64,000 bases of DNA from Octopus bimaculoides (Eukaryota), in NCBI RefSeq assembly GCF_001194135.2, contig NC_068985.1:41391808-41455807 (forward strand), read 5' to 3'. Below, in pieces: positions 36,400 to 49,200 of this stretch. How positions within the stretch are numbered: position 1 is the stretch's first letter; the number at the start of each line of letters is the position of its first letter. A program made the position numbers and the translations under genes. Under the pieces are notes generated by a model. It was not told the DNA's origin. It worked only from the letters and a program-made list of their open reading frames with translations, and searched no databases.

Positions 36400-36935
36400 C
36401 AATGCGGTTTCTTTAAACGGGAAACTTCATTCAAACTGGTGAAGATTTTGCCTAGTAAGGATGAAACCAACATCTAACGTGCAGAATTATTTTACTACGT
36501 AGTCATGTTCTTATCACTGACCGACAGTCAATGTTGTTCATAGCGACAGATGGGATGACCAGGGATAAACAACAACAATTAGTACTTGTTTTGTCGCTTC
36601 CACCTCCGGAAGCGAAAGTTGAACTCAGAAAGCAGAAGTACGCAACTAAATAGCGTCATGACTTTTAACCGTCACCCGACCAATTCTATGCTGATAAGCA
36701 TTTTGCCCAGGGTGCTAGCAACTCACTACCTCAAGGTACCTGCCCTGAAATTTTGGGGGAAGAGACAAATCGATTAGATCGACCCCAGTGCTCGACTGGT
36801 ACTTAATTTATCGACCCCGAAAGAATGAAAGGCAAAGTCGACCTCGGTGGAAAATGAACTCAGTATGTAAAGACGGACTAAATGCCGCTAAGCATTTTTC
36901 CCGGCGTGCTAACGATTCTGCCAGCTCGCCACCTT
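36155..36935 (-). mobile_element. cluster of three SINE-B copies (36155-36357, ~36560-36720 degenerate, 36735-36935)
   Basis: Shared body and head, all on the minus strand. Confidence 0.85.
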
Positions 36936-37254
36936 ACAATTCTAATATAATATTAAATGTTATCCACTATAGCGAGTCGTCAATAGCAAAAAACAATTGA
37001 TTCAATTTTAGGGTTGGGGGTATTTTATTTTTTAAAACGGGTTCTTGCATGTAGTTACTTGGACAGCAGGAAAAAGCAGTCAACTCTCCCTCAAGCCACA
37101 TGCTGTTGTTTTAAAAGGAAAATAACACATTGGACAATGAAGAGCTACGTATACACAAATACGAAATAGAAGTGGCTGGGACACTTTTAATTATAAGTCT
37201 ACTAAATCAAGACTGACCCCAGGTTGCTGATGAGGAGGAGGAAGAAGGGGCAGG

Positions 37255-37337
37255 AGCAGAAGAAGAAGAAGAAGAAGAAGAAGAAGAAGAAGAACAAGAA
37301 CAAGAACAACAACAACAACAACAACAACAACATCATC

Positions 37338-37381
<44 letters not shown>

Positions 37382-37382
37382 C
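37255..37382. repeat. (AAG)n/(AAC)n microsatellite
   Basis: Visible tandem runs. Confidence 0.95.
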
Positions 37383-37940
37383 TGTAGTTTACGTCAAGGA
37401 GAAAGATTTGAATATCTGACCCACCATATTCCCAGTATCACTTCCACTGCATCATAGAAATTTTATGTCCAACTATAGAAAAGAACCGATCTTTGTAAAG
37501 TCATAGATGGATTATGCTTCACAAATAAAGCCTAATAAGGGCGAAACATGCCTCGAGTTGTCTCCATGCTGCTAAAGATCAGACTTACGCTCCACTACAT
37601 TCCATACTTTATTTTAATAAAATTTTTAGGATTATATCCTCTGTCTCTTTTTTCACCCCAGAATTAGTTATTTAGATAATGAATACTCTCACCATAAAGG
37701 TTATAACTTTAATTCATTAGCATTTCTTAGCTTACTCCATCATGTAGACTTACAGTCACTTTACTATTTTTACTTCAGGTATCGTTTAAAAGAAATAATT
37801 TCTTGAGAAATTGAGTCTGTGGAAATCGTTTTAGCAATTAACTTAAAATGTGGTCTTGTGTCGGGTTAAGTAGTCGATATAATTATCGTTCGCAACAATG
37901 TTATGCGTATACGCGTATATTTGTGTGCATGTGTGTGTGT

Positions 37941-37987
<47 letters not shown>

Positions 37988-38655
37988 NNNNNNNNNNNNN
38001 NNNNNNNNNNNNNNNNNNNNNNNNNNNNNNNNNNNNNNNNNNNNNNNNNNNNNNNNNNNNNNNNNNNNNNNNNNNNNNNNNNNNNNNNNNNNNNNNNNNN
38101 NNNNNNNNNNNNNNNNNNNNNNNNNNNNNNNNNNNNNNNNNNNNNNNNNNNNNNNNNNNNNNNNNNNNNNNNNNNNNNNNNNNNNNNNNNNNNNNNNNNN
38201 NNNNNNNNNNNNNNNNNNNNNNNNNNNNNNNNNNNNNNNNNNNNNNNNNNNNNNNNNNNNNNNNNNNNNNNNNNNNNNNNNNNNNNNNNNNNNNNNNNNN
38301 NNNNNNNNNNNNNNNNNNNNNNNNNNNNNNNNNNNNNNNNNNNNNNNNNNNNNNNNNNNNNNNNNNNNNNNNNNNNNNNNNNNNNNNNNNNNNNNNNNNN
38401 NNNNNNNNNNNNNNNNNNNNNNNNNNNNNNNNNNNNNNNNNNNNNNNNNNNNNNNNNNNNNNNNNNNNNNNNNNNNNNNNNNNNNNNNNNNNNNNNNNNN
38501 NNNNNNNNNNNNNNNNNNNNNNNNNNNNNNNNNNNNNNNNNNNNNNNNNNNNNNNNNNNNNNNNNNNNNNNNNNNNNNNNNNNNNNNNNNNNNNNNNNNN
38601 NNNNNNNNNNNNNNNNNNNNNNNNNNNNNNNNNNNNNNNNNNNNNNNNNNNACCA

Positions 38656-38687
<32 letters not shown>

Positions 38688-39444
38688 ACCACAGAAAATC
38701 TTTCACCATTACCTCTACCACTCCACCACAGCCGCAACTATTATCGCTATTGTACCACTGTTACCACCATCTTCACTACAACGCCACCACTGTCACCGCC
38801 ATCGCAACGACCCGGGAACCAACACTACACCACCACCACCACCACCACCATCCACCACCACCACCACCACACCGCGACCTTCATTTACAATGCTGGATCG
38901 CTTGATATGTTAAAAACAGTAGCCATGTTCCCTCAAATGGACTTTTGAATTGAATCAAGACTGGCGTTAATTCTACAAAAAGGCTACGGAATAATCCTGG
39001 GACAGGTTTCAGGAAGGATATGAAGAACTAGTGGGACATAAAATATTCCAGTTACTAACATTTCAGAGCGAAGAATTACAACATTCGTTGAGAAGAATTA
39101 AGCTATTCTTCTAAGTATAATACAGGTTTGCTTGCAATTATCTTTGATCTTTTTACTCGCTGTACTGAAATGAACTGAGGTCCATGCATCTTCCTTTGTT
39201 GCATAGCTATGCCAGGCATATCATTTTTACTGATAAGTAATTCATGCCTACTGAACTTTGCCCGTTGCTTGATTTAGACTTTTTTCTTATTCCTCAGTTT
39301 GGTGAAACGCGTTTGATTGTGTTATTGCTATTGGTGTTGTTATCAGCTGTTAAAAAGAATACTATTTTCTGTTACAAATATCATAATTATTATTTTCTTT
39401 TTGGTTCTGAAGCATATGTATTCTGTCAAAAAAAAAAAAAAGAA

Positions 39445-39852
39445 GTTTTCTACTATAGGCACCAGGTGTGAAATTTTGGGGGAGGGAGCTAGTCGATTAT
39501 ATCGATTCCAGTACTCAACTGGTTCTTATTTCATTTACCCCGAAAGGATGAAAGATAAAGTCAACCTCGGCGGAATTTGAACTCAGAATATAAGGACGGA
39601 CGAAAGGCCGCTAAGCATTTTTCCGACGTGCTAACTAGTCTTTTGTACTCTAGGCACAGGGCCCGAAATTTCGGGGGAGGGGGTCAGTCGATTAGATCAA
39701 ACTCAGTACGCAACTGGTACTTAATTTATCGACGACAAAAGGATGAAAGCAAAGTCGACCTCGGTGGAATTTGAACTCAGAACGAAATGACAGACGAAAT
39801 ACCGCTAAGCATTTCGCCCGGTGTGCTAACGATTCTGCCAGCTCACCGCCTT
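39445..39852 (-). mobile_element. head-to-tail SINE-B pair
   Basis: Two bodies in the same orientation; the copy at 39445-39635 is 5'-clipped at the tail of the other. Confidence 0.88.
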
Positions 39853-40464
39853 AACAACAACAACAACAACAACAACAACAATAATACACCGGGGACATTT
39901 AACAGAGAGAACACCAATAATAATACACCGAGGGCGCTTAACATGTGAGAGTGATAAAACACTGCTCCAAAATCTAGCTAAAAACATCGGGAGTAAAGAC
40001 AGCAAATGGAGCCTAAAATAACTGACAAAATGTTGGACTGTATCCGTGTAAGTAATTCTCATTAAAATTTATTTCTATTTTCCGAATGTGTCACCTCCAT
40101 CACTTGTATAACATGTGTAAACACGCTTGTCACACTGACAAAGCGCTGGACTACACCCGAGTAAGTACATATTGGACTATATCCGATTAATTGCACATCA
40201 CAAACACTTAAGTACGTAAACTAATTAATTACGTATACACCCCAGTTTTCATGAACACATTTTAATATTTCAAAATAACGTTAAGTAGTGTATAAACAAG
40301 CGCGTACACACACATAAGCGAATCGAATAAAGACAAATGACAAAGACTAGTTATTATTGATCACAAAAGCATTAAACAGATATTCGAGGGGTGTAAGAAA
40401 AGTTTTGAGCCTAACCTAGAAACGGGGCTGCTAGATAGCTGAAACAATGTAGACTGCACTATGA

Positions 40465-41420
40465 GAGAAGGTGATTAGGAGTACAAAGAGGAAAAGATCA
40501 ACAAGTGAGAAGAGAAAGTCCTACACAGAGAATTTGTCCTACAAACATCCGATGTAGCTGAAAATTGTGTAAATGGCTAGGACATGGACTTTTAAGGGAG
40601 ATAGATAACTTGCACTTTGCGGCTCAAGAACAACCATAGCGAACCAACTCTTTCAAGTACAGTATTGATAAGACAGTCGAATGTGTAGATTGTATAGAGA
40701 TTTATCGGAAACAATCAAACATAAGTGAATGTTCAAAATAGGTCTAGGAGTAAAAAAAAAGTGCGATGATAAAATTGCACTGTGGGGACACTGGAAGATG
40801 TACAGGAGATACATCACCAAGACAAGTGACACGAACATCAACCCTTGCCAGTCGCAGAGAATGATAAAGTGAAAATGGCGTGAGTCATGACAATCTACAC
40901 AGATAAGAAACTGCAACACAATCGGTCAGATATCACTCTCCTACCAAATGAGACCGAAGAAGGGATCTTCATTTACATAGCAATATTTGTAGAGCGGTGG
41001 AGTCGCATGGCTTAGTGGGTAGGATGTTGGACTCATGAGTGTAAGATTGTGGTTTCGATTCCTGGATCGAGCAATGCCTTGTGTTCTTGAGCAGAACACT
41101 TCATTTCACATTCCTCCAGTCCACTCAGCTGGCGAAAATAACGGCATCCCATCTAAGGGAGGAACATATACGCCATAGAAACCGGGTATTCGGCCTTATG
41201 AATTTATATGACTCCGAAAGAAGCTTTCTCTTTTGATCCTTCTTTATTGCAGAGCAGAACATTAAGGAGACAAAAGGAGAAAACCGAATATTGTCAGGAC
41301 CTGGCCTTTGAAATGGAGGGCATTAAAAAAAACTTCAAGAATGAGTGTCATGCGCATCGTGATTAGTGTACTCGATACCATCTCAGAGAACACATCAGAA
41401 TTTGTAAGACCATAGAGATG
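40465..41420 (+). mobile_element. old R4-like RLE non-LTR fragment interrupted by a family C SINE
   Basis: Remnants FAAQEQ..RTNSFKYSIDKT, CRLC, HQPLPVAENDKVK, KLQHNRSDI before the SINE, and EYCQDLAFE...IVISVLDTI after it. Confidence 0.7.
40993..41222 (+). mobile_element. SINE family C
   Basis: A box TGGCTTAGTGG, B box GGTTTCGATTCC and CORE-like GTGTTCTTGAGCAGAACACTTCATTTCAC. Confidence 0.8.
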
Positions 41421-41967
41421 AAAACCCCAGCCAGTCAGCCATATATCATATGAGGTCACTTTGTTTTGACCATCTACCCAAATCGCGTCACAAAAGTAAC
41501 AAGAAACTAGAGATCATAATCGTTTCCAGTGTTTTTCACGATAACTCTGTTATTTCTTTATTTTTACATACAGTGGGATATGTCAGGCGTGTGATGCAAT
41601 AGAACATCTGTTTCCTAGTCCCGTCCTCTGTTTTAAGCCCGATACATATAATACCAAATCTCCCTCCACATATCAGCCAGGGAAATTTATGTTCTTTCGA
41701 TAGCACAAGACCCTGGAACTTTGAAAATACACAAATAGGCTCGATTCTCGCGCCTGTGCCATTGATTCAGACAAAAATGCGGTTGTTTTTATTACTACTG
41801 CAAAAAAGTTGTCTCTTGTGCAAATAATTCACACTAAGACTTCACCTGCTGATTAGTGATGTTAACAAAGGATGGGAACAAATCCGCACATTAGTCACCG
41901 ACATTGAAAATTCGAGAATTACTTTCGTTTGGCAAAATGTTGTTCATATTGTAGTTACTGGATAAGA

Positions 41968-42415
41968 CAGAGAGATGGCTGAATCGTTAGTATGCCGGGA
42001 GAAATGCATAGCGGCATTTCATCCGTCTTTATGTTCTGAGTTCAAATTCCGCCGAGATCGACTTTGCCTTTCTTTCATCATTTCAGGGTCAATAAAATAA
42101 TTACCAGTGAACAGGGGTCGATGTAATCAACTTAACACCCCACCGTCAAATTGCTAGCCTTGTGCCAAAATTTGAAACCAATCTCATTGTTACTGCATAA
42201 GGTGGCGAGCTGGCAGAATCATTAGAACACCGGGCGAAATGCTTAGTGATATTTCGACCGTCTTAACATTCTGATTTCATTTTCCGTCGAGGTCGACTTT
42301 ACTTTTCATCATTTCAGGGTCGATGAAATAAAGTATCTGTTGAACACTAAGGTTGATGTAATCGACTTACCCCTCTGCTGAAATTGCTGGTTTAGTACCA
42401 AAATTTTAAATCAGT
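41968..42415 (+). mobile_element. head-to-tail SINE-B pair (41968-42182, 42198-42415)
   Basis: Two full bodies, each preceded by GTTACTG(G/C)ATAAG. Confidence 0.88.
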
Positions 42416-42746
42416 ATTGTTTCTTTTTGGGTTTTCGTTGCATAAAATCTGTGGAAAAACGTTCAACTTCGTGATTTTTGTTTAGGTGGGCGTTCTGATT
42501 TGTCATAGTGTGTGTGTGTGTGTGTGTGTGTGTAGACAGATCAAGAGGAAAAAAACCAGACTTTTTTTTTGTCTGAACCCAAATGGGAAAACTTCCAAAT
42601 TGTTCCAAGACTTTTTGTACGAGAATTGATTTTAAAAGAAATATTTTTTATACAGGTTCACTTGCTAAGATCCATGATGCTTGCGAGCGATACTGCAAAA
42701 CGTCTGAGCAGGTCACTGGCGATTATTATTACTATTATTACTATTA

Positions 42747-42778
<32 letters not shown>

Positions 42779-43700
42779 ACATAATAATGATAATAATGAT
42801 ATACTGTAATAATATACTGCCAATTAGTCCCTTTCTGAAGGAGAAAGAAGCATGAGAACAAAAAAAAAAATAAATAAATAAAAGAAAAATACTTTGAAGT
42901 AGAACAGGCTCAGAAAAAAATGAAAAATACTTGTGTCGCAAATTCTAGAAATTTGTATTTCAGCCTTTGTTAATTAAGATCGCCTGTCATAACTTTGTTT
43001 TCTCCTTAACAGACGATATATGTGTCAGCAGACGACAGGCAGAATACCCGCCAAAGATGAACTGATAACAAGACAACGTTAATAGCAACTATAATAGCAG
43101 CAACAAAAGCGACGCGTACACTTTGTATCAATCTACAGTTATCCTCCTCCTCNNNNNNNNNNNNNNNNNNNNNNNNNNNNNNNNNNNNNNNNNNNNNNNN
43201 NNNNNNNNNNNNNNNNNNNNNNNNNNNNNNNNNNNNNNNNNNNNNNNNNNNNNNNNNNNNNNNNNNNNNNNNNNNNNNNNNNNNNNNNNNNNNNNNNNNN
43301 NNNNNNNNNNNNNNNNNNNNNNNNNNNNNNNNNNNNNNNNNNNNNNNNNNNNNNNNNNNNNNNNNNNNNNNNNNNNNNNNNNNNNNNNNNNNNNNNNNNN
43401 NNNNNNNNNNNNNNNNNNNNNNNNNNNNNNNNNNNNNNNNNNNNNNNNNNNNNNNNNNNNNNNNNNNNNNNNNNNNNNNNNNNNNNNNNNNNNNNNNNNN
43501 NNNNNNNNNNNNNNNNNNNNNNNNNNNNNNNNNNNNNNNNNNNNNNNNNNNNNNNNNNNNNNCCTCCTCCTCCTCCTCCACCTTCTCCTCATCCTCCTCC
43601 TCCTCCTCATCCTCCACCTTCTCCTCCTCCTCCTCCTCTCTCTCTCTATCTCTCTCTTTCTGTCTCTCTCTCTTTCTCTCTCTCTCTCTTTCTTTCTGTC

Positions 43701-43731
<31 letters not shown>

Positions 43732-43825
43732 GTCTCTCTCTATGTGTAATATACAGATCTACATACATACATACATACATACAGACAGACAGACAGACAG
43801 ATAGCTAGCTAGCTAGCTAGCTAGA

Positions 43826-43861
<36 letters not shown>

Positions 43862-44428
43862 TAGATAGAGGGAAAGAGAGAAATAGACTATTCTGCATCT
43901 TAAAATCAGAATCAATCTTTCACGTTTATAGTTCGTCTATCTATCTATCTATCGTTCGCTCATTTCCTTCATTTCCATTGCTTTCTACTCGTTTTCATTC
44001 CTTCCGGTTTCTTTCTTTCTCAATCAGTTTCCTTTCATTCATTCAGTTTACTTTCATTTGTTTCCTTTCGTTTGCTTTTTTCGTTCCTTTTGTGGAAAGG
44101 CTAAACTGCTATTCCTTTGATAAAAAAAGATTTTTAAAAAATGAAAGACAGCAAGCGACCAGACCACCACCCCCATTCCGCTTAACCCCTTCCACACTCT
44201 ACCACAACCTAACTTTTACTTACTCACTTTATCTCTCCCTCCTATTTCATTGTTTTTCTGTTTTTCAATATTCTCTCTCCTTCTCGTTGCGTATCTCTCC
44301 GTTTCTTTCATTTTAATCCCGACGTCTTCCGTCCACACTTCTCACTCTCGTTCACTCCTTTCTCTCTCTTTCTTTTCTTTTCCACTTCTTCTTTTCTTCC
44401 TGTTATATAGTATTCTCCCTCTCTCTCT

Positions 44429-44468
<40 letters not shown>

Positions 44469-45265
44469 ATATATATATATANNNNNNNNNNNNNNNNNNN
44501 NNNNNNNNNNNNNNNNNNNNNNNNNNNNNNNNNNNNNNNNNNNNNNNNNNNNNNNNNNNNNNNNNNNNNNNNNNNNNNNNNNNNNNNNNNNNNNNNNNNN
44601 NNNNNNNNNNNNNNNNNNNNNNNNNNNNNNNNNNNNNNNNNNNNNNNNNNNNNNNNNNNNNNNNNNNNNNNNNNNNNNNNNNNNNNNNNNNNNNNNNNNN
44701 NNNNNNNNNNNNNNNNNNNNNNNNNNNNNNNNNNNNNNNNNNNNNNNNNNNNNNNNNNNNNNNNNNNNNNNNNNNNNNNNNNNNNNNNNNNNNNNNNNNN
44801 NNNNNNNNNNNNNNNNNNNNNNNNNNNNNNNNNNNNNNNNNNNNNNNNNNNNNNNNNNNNNNNNNNNNNNNNNNNNNNNNNNNNNNNNNNNNNNNNNNNN
44901 NNNNNNNNNNNNNNNNNNNNNNNNNNNNNNNNNNNNNNNNNNNNNNNNNNNNNNNNNNNNNNNNNNNNNNNNNNNNNNNNNNNNNNNNNNNNNNNNNNNN
45001 NNNNNNNNNNNNNNNNTTCTCCTCTTCTCTCGTCCAATGATATTTCCTCTTTTGTCCTTTTACTAGTTTGGAAACAATAAAGCCAGAAAGAGTGTCTTTT
45101 ATCGGTGAAACATCACGAAATGACAGTTGGTCGTTCAGTGAACACACACTTCTACAGCTGCAGCGCTACCGAGCGACTGTTGACGTCATTAATCACTAAC
45201 TGTCCTAGGCAGCCTCTGAAAGGAAAACGTGAAGCGACAGAAAAAGAAAAATGAATGAAAGGAAC

Positions 45266-45266
<1 letters not shown>

Positions 45267-45324
<58 letters not shown>

Positions 45325-45326
45325 TA
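45267..45326. repeat. (TAG)n microsatellite
   Basis: Visible tandem run. Confidence 0.95.
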
Positions 45327-45511
45327 TTGTTTCTGTTTTTCTAGAATTCCAAGGCTGAAAGGAGGAGTGAAACAAGTAACGTACCTTCAGTTATGCTTTC
45401 CAGAAAGGCATGAACGCCACACATTCTCAATGAAGTCTTCTTTTATTAGCCTGAATGCAAAATGTTTGAAATTAATATATGAGAATGTATGCGTACGCGT
45501 GCGAGTACACA

Positions 45512-45578
<67 letters not shown>

Positions 45579-45586
45579 TCTTTTTT

Positions 45587-45860
45587 ACTCTTTTTACTTG
45601 TTTCAGTCATTTGACTGCGGCCATGCTGGAGCACCGCCTTTAGTCGAGCAAATCGACCCCAGGACTTATTCTTTGTAATAAGTCTCTTTTGCCGTACCGC
45701 TAAGTTACGGGGACGTAAAAACACTAAAGGCACAATGCCTGAAATTTGGGGGGGGGGAAGGGGTTAGTCGATTACATCGATCCCAGTACTCAACTGGTAC
45801 TTATTTCATCAACCCAGAAAGGATTAAAAGCAAAGTTTGTCTCGGCGGAATTTGAACTCA
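45587..45860 (-). mobile_element. SINE-A right monomer (45587-45722) abutting a SINE-B 3' half (45727-45860)
   Basis: Both match copies elsewhere in the window. Confidence 0.82.
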
Positions 45861-45892
45861 ATAATAATAGTAATAATAATAATAATAATAAT

Positions 45893-46175
45893 AGTGTTAA
45901 TTGAGAAAGAAAGCAAACGATGTTGGATCATAGATATAGCATGCCCAGCTGACCACAAGGTGTGCGATAAGGAAGAAAGAAAAGTCGATAGATATGATAG
46001 GTTAGCTTGGTAGGTTAAGCAGTTGTGGTCGATGGAAAAGGTGGTAGTAGTACCAATAACTGTCGGAGCCCTGGGAACAGTGAGTAAAAATCTTGAGAAG
46101 TACAAGGAACAAATAGGGGCTGCAATAAGGGTGGAGCACTTGCAGAAAACAGCACTGCTTGGAACCGTTAGCACC
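45893..46175 (+). mobile_element. R4/Dong-like LINE, extreme 3' fragment, preceded by (TAA)n
   Basis: CWIIDIACPADHKV.DKEE.KVDRY.RLA...VVVVPITVGALGTV...LQKTALLGT. Confidence 0.88.
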
Positions 46176-46226
46176 GTGTACATACATCTCCAGCATTAGA
46201 AGTTGTGCAAAAACAATGCATAATAA

Positions 46227-46279
<53 letters not shown>

Positions 46280-46281
<2 letters not shown>

Positions 46282-48111
46282 TGACTTTAAGAAGGCATAT
46301 GATATGATACCTCATTTTTGAATCGTTGAATGCCTGCAGATGTTTGGTGTTGCTGACAACATCACAAATTTTCTGATGCATGGCATGAAAGAGTGGAAGA
46401 CCAAATTGTACTCAAGTAATGTATTCCTTGGAGAAGTTAATATTAAAAGATAAGGTGACTCGTTTTCTTCGTTACTTTTTGTAATTGCTCTAAGACTAAT
46501 AAAAATGACAATTAGGAAAGTTAAGATGGGTTACCGATGTGGGAAGAAAGACCCATCATTGAACCATCTTCTGTTTATGGGTGACCTGAAATTGTTTGGG
46601 AAATCTGAAAAACATGATTCCTTAATCAAAACTGACCAGAAGTGTGGTAGGGACTTCAGTATGGAATTTGGGATCTCCAAATGCTCAGTACTTAATATGA
46701 AAAGAAGGAAGAAAGCAGCTTGCAGAGGATTGCGGTTACCATCAGGAGAGACCATGGGTGAACCTGACGGTAGTGGGTATAGATATTTAGGGATTTGGGA
46801 GCTGGATGACATTCTACAAAGAGAAATGAAACTGAAGATCAGCGAGGCGTATCAAAAAAGGGTGAAGATGGTATTGAAATCCAACCTGAATGCCAAAAAT
46901 TTGTTTACTGCAATGAATATCTGGGCAGTTGCAGTGGTCAGATATAGTGCGTCCATCCTCAAATGGACTAAGGAGGAAATATCAACACTGGATAGAAAGA
47001 AGAGTAAGTTGATGACGTTGCATGGGCGCTACACTCTAAAGCAAACGTAAATAGACTGTATATGAAAAGAAAGAATGGTGGTAGAGGACTAACTAGTATA
47101 GACCATTGTATAAGGAGTGAAAGGAGAACGCTTGCTGAGTATTTGATAAATAGTGATGAAGACCTGCTGCAGTATGCTGCAAAAGATATGGGTGTAAATG
47201 CAGATGAAATGATGGGCAAGGAAGAGTTTAACCAAAGAGCTGAGAAGAGAAAAGAAGACCTTCTTGAAATGAGAATACATGGACAGTTTGAAAGGAATAC
47301 ACAAGACGTTAGGATAATACAGCATCATGGGCATGGCTTGAGCGAGGTGATTTGAAGCATACCACCGAAAACCTGATTATTGCTGCACAAAACTGGGCTC
47401 TTGCTACCAATTCAGTGAAGTATAACATCTATAAAACTTCTGATACCCAGAAATGCAGACTCTGTGGAAAGAGTGTGGAAAATGTGACCCACTTGGTAAA
47501 TGGTTGTGAGAGCCTTGCACAAAAAAGAATAGAAACACCGCCACGATAAAGTGTGTGTGTGTCTTCATTGGCTCTTATGTCATAAATACCAATATGAAGT
47601 AGCAGAGAACTGGTATGAGCATGCACCAAGTAGAGTTATGCAGGAAGATGGAAAAGTAACGATACTCTGGGACTGTGATTTTCAGACGGATCGTGTAATC
47701 TAATACCGTCGGCCGGATATTGTCATATTGAATAAGAGAGACAAATACTGTCAGATCATTGATGAAGCCATACCAAATGACATGAATGTTGTGAGTTGTG
47801 AGTAAAGAGGTTTAAAAAAATATCAGCGAATACTCCGAATTGAAAGTGGAAATGGCAAGACTGTATGGAATGCGAGAGGGTAATGTAAAAGTGATACCAA
47901 TGGTGACCGGAGCGTTGGGCTCAATCTCATTGAAACTTCAAGACTTCTTCAGGCAACTGGAAATACCATGCAAGAGAGATGTCTTGCAAAAAGCAGCCTT
48001 ATTGGGCACAGTGCACATCTTAAGGAAAGTATTTTCTGTCTGAGGTCCTTGTTGCGACTTGACAGATGACTAAAGACTACGGTGCATTTTTACCTACACT
48101 GTGTTACGAAG

Positions 48112-48112
<1 letters not shown>
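46280..48112 (+). mobile_element. R4/Dong-like non-LTR retrotransposon, 5'-truncated (RT, CCHC knuckle, RLE), embedded in (TAA)n
   Basis: IDFKKAYD, NHLLFMGDLKL (YxDD equivalent), YRYLGI, RKNGGRGL, CRLCGKSVENVTHLVNGC, NRRPDIV and VIPMVTGALG..LQKAALLGTVHILRKV*. (AAT)n lies on both sides. Confidence 0.93.
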
Positions 48113-48175
<63 letters not shown>

Positions 48176-48349
48176 NNNNNNNNNNNNNNNNNNNNNNNNN
48201 NNNNNNNNNNNNNNNNNNNNNNNNNNNNNNNNNNNNNNNNNNNNNNNNNNNNNNNNNNNNNNNNNNNNNNNNNNNNNNNNNNNNNNNNNNNNNNNNNNNN
48301 NNNNNNNNNNNNNNNNNNNNNNNNNAAAAAAAAAAAAAAAATTACAAAA

Positions 48350-48600
48350 ACAGTAGGCAACTGCTAAAACCGGCACAGACAAGTCCGACATGTGGGCATA
48401 TAGTTTATAGGGCAGACCATCCAATCCTGGTGAATTGCGTTCCACGCAGCGGCCCAGTACATCTTCCATTTCTTCCACTGAAATCGGCTTCTCGCAGCAC
48501 TGGATATCCTTGTCCGATAGGCGCAGCATACCCTCGAGGTAAGCCTCAAAGCCCGCTGTCTCAAAAATGTCACAAGTTTGTTTTTCTTTCGTCAAAAAGG
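48350..48600 (-). mobile_element. L1/Tx1-clade LINE ORF2 fragment (pre-RT linker)
   Basis: CEKPISVEEMEDVL......SPGLDGLPYKLY matches the PITxEE...SPGxDGLPxEFY motif. Confidence 0.75.
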
Positions 48601-48739
48601 TTTTTGACCAACTAAAAGATTCTTGCCTTGGAGCGTTTTAAAATTCTTATAGGATTAAACGTAGATTTATACCGTCAAAGGAAAAACTAAGAATCACAGC
48701 GGCAAGACATTTTAATTTTCATATGCTTACAACAGTTAT

Positions 48740-49200
48740 CAATATTATTAAATTCAGAATATTCCTTGATGTTAACCATATCACAGTTATTATCAGGGTT
48801 ATCAATAATTTCCGAGGTGCCGCTATCTTCGAACATATTTTTGATGCCATATATTTTTTAAAAGATTTTCCTGCTATTTCAGTCTTTGCTGTATTCTATG
48901 ATTTTAGGATCCATTCTTACACCTCATCGATTGTTAGCATTTTCAAACGATCTGTTGGGGGTCAAGTCATATGTAAAACCTTCAACAAGTGACTCCAGTT
49001 TCTTTTTTATAAATCCTTAAAAAACTTGTCGATGAATACGTCCACTGGTTGTAATTCGCTTGTTAAAATATTAGGATTATTTCCATTTTCGTCTCTGAAT
49101 TCATTCTTTACAATAGTTTTATAAGGGAGGCCATGAGAACTCCATGACCAACTTTTATCTTTGGACAGACGTGAACAAAAGTTACACTTGAGAATTTTCC
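48740..49200 (-). mobile_element. pogo/Tc2-like DDE_1 transposase C-terminal remnant
   Basis: LTSELQPVDVFIDKFFKD (TSxLQPxDV motif), then EWILKS*N....I..KSFKK.GI in shifted frames. Confidence 0.7.

Noticed and set aside
37525-37555. GCCTAATAAGGGCGAAAC as a hammerhead stem II plus GAAAC
   Set aside because: The upstream CUGANGA core is absent.
40384-40460. mariner-like TIR start CGAGGGGTGTAAGAAAAGTTTTGAGCC
   Set aside because: It is an isolated short fragment with no transposase or partner TIR, too weak to list as a feature.
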